Shown one piece after another: positions 63,132 to 64,000 of a DNA stretch of 64,000 bases; within the stretch, counting starts at the first letter, position 1; every line of letters starts with the position of its first letter. The notes beneath the pieces were generated by a model. It had not been told where the DNA came from. It searched no databases and saw nothing but the letters and a program-made list of their open reading frames with translations. A program made the translations under genes and the position numbers. The stretch is taken from positions 71,302,001 through 71,366,000 of the forward strand of contig NC_045696.1 in NCBI RefSeq assembly GCF_009834535.1, in the 5' to 3' direction. This stretch comes from Camelus ferus. Its lineage: Eukaryota.

Positions 63132-64000
63132 TGCTTTTTTTCCTTTTAACCAGAACTACAGGTGGTGATGTTCTGCAAAATTTCCACCCACTATAGTAGG
63201 CCCAAGGCAGCCAGCCAGTCAAGAATGGTTTCTACGTTTTTAAAGGGTTGCAAAGTGAAATAGTATGTGACAAAGATTTAAGTTGTTCTTCACAAGGCTA
63301 CACTACTTATTGTCTGACCCTTTATAGAGGAAGAAAATCTCACTTAGGGTCTTTAAAGACCTTACCATTATCAAACTTGTGGCAACTCTTCTGAAAAATG
63401 GTTTAGGCTTGAAGGAAACCTACGCAATTTGTCAGTTGCATGGAACTATCTAAGAGAAGAAAGTAGATAATTGTAGCGCTTTCGTAGAGCTTAAATTTTT
63501 TTACATTGGGATGTCAGTCTTAATATATATTTAGGTGAAATGCTTGACAAATTAGTAAATCAGGTGTATTCAATTATTTCCTCTGTTTAATTCACCATCT
63601 GTTAACTTGAGATGGGTTTGAAGGACATAACTTTGGCATGCAAGAGTTTACATAGAATTCTCTCTTCCCTAAATACAACTATTTTCTTTAAAGTGGGATG
63701 AATCTATTGTGTATACACTTGAACACATCTCATCTCCATTTGTACACTAGGCCATTTGTACTCAATTTATTCACACAAATCTTTAGTAACATAGACATTA
63801 ATGCTGACTCGTACATGTATCTAAGTGGCATTCTTTATCCTCACACTGTTGAAAACAATTCACGAGACTGTTAACCTCACTCACCATTAAGGCAACAAAC
63901 ATATAGATATGACTTTTTCTATTTAATGGTTATGGGATGTTATTAAATAGAACCATAACAGTTGTGTGGTTAGTGGTAACTCAAGCATTCATGACATATT

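Overview
Mammalian genomic DNA, not prokaryotic; the tRNA-derived SINEs and L1 3' ends look camelid-like (inference). Three + strand genes lie in the order known from human 3q27. (1) The 3' two-thirds of ABCC5/MRP5: 19 coding exons, 309..33192, splicing to an uninterrupted 850-codon frame, with 3'UTR to an AATAAA at 34529. (2) A 9-exon CYP2AB1, 45831..54950: 502 codons with no stop or frameshift, but the exon 6 splice acceptor reads AA instead of AG. (3) The CpG-island promoter and first coding exon of PARL, 61255..61379. Introns and intergenic DNA hold an RPS15A processed pseudogene, solo ERV LTRs with target-site duplications (TSDs), MER/Tigger DNA elements, L1/L2/SINE fragments and microsatellites. 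The most unexpected signal is a chain of phase-compatible GT-AG exon-like segments on the minus strand inside ABCC5 introns (core 22164..23891, possibly ~21.9-29.1 kb). It may be a decayed, nested antisense protein-coding gene that I do not recognise; this is a hand-built hypothesis. Exon numbers follow the 30-exon human ABCC5 model counted back from the last exon. Repeat family names are from memory of consensus sequences, not from a search.
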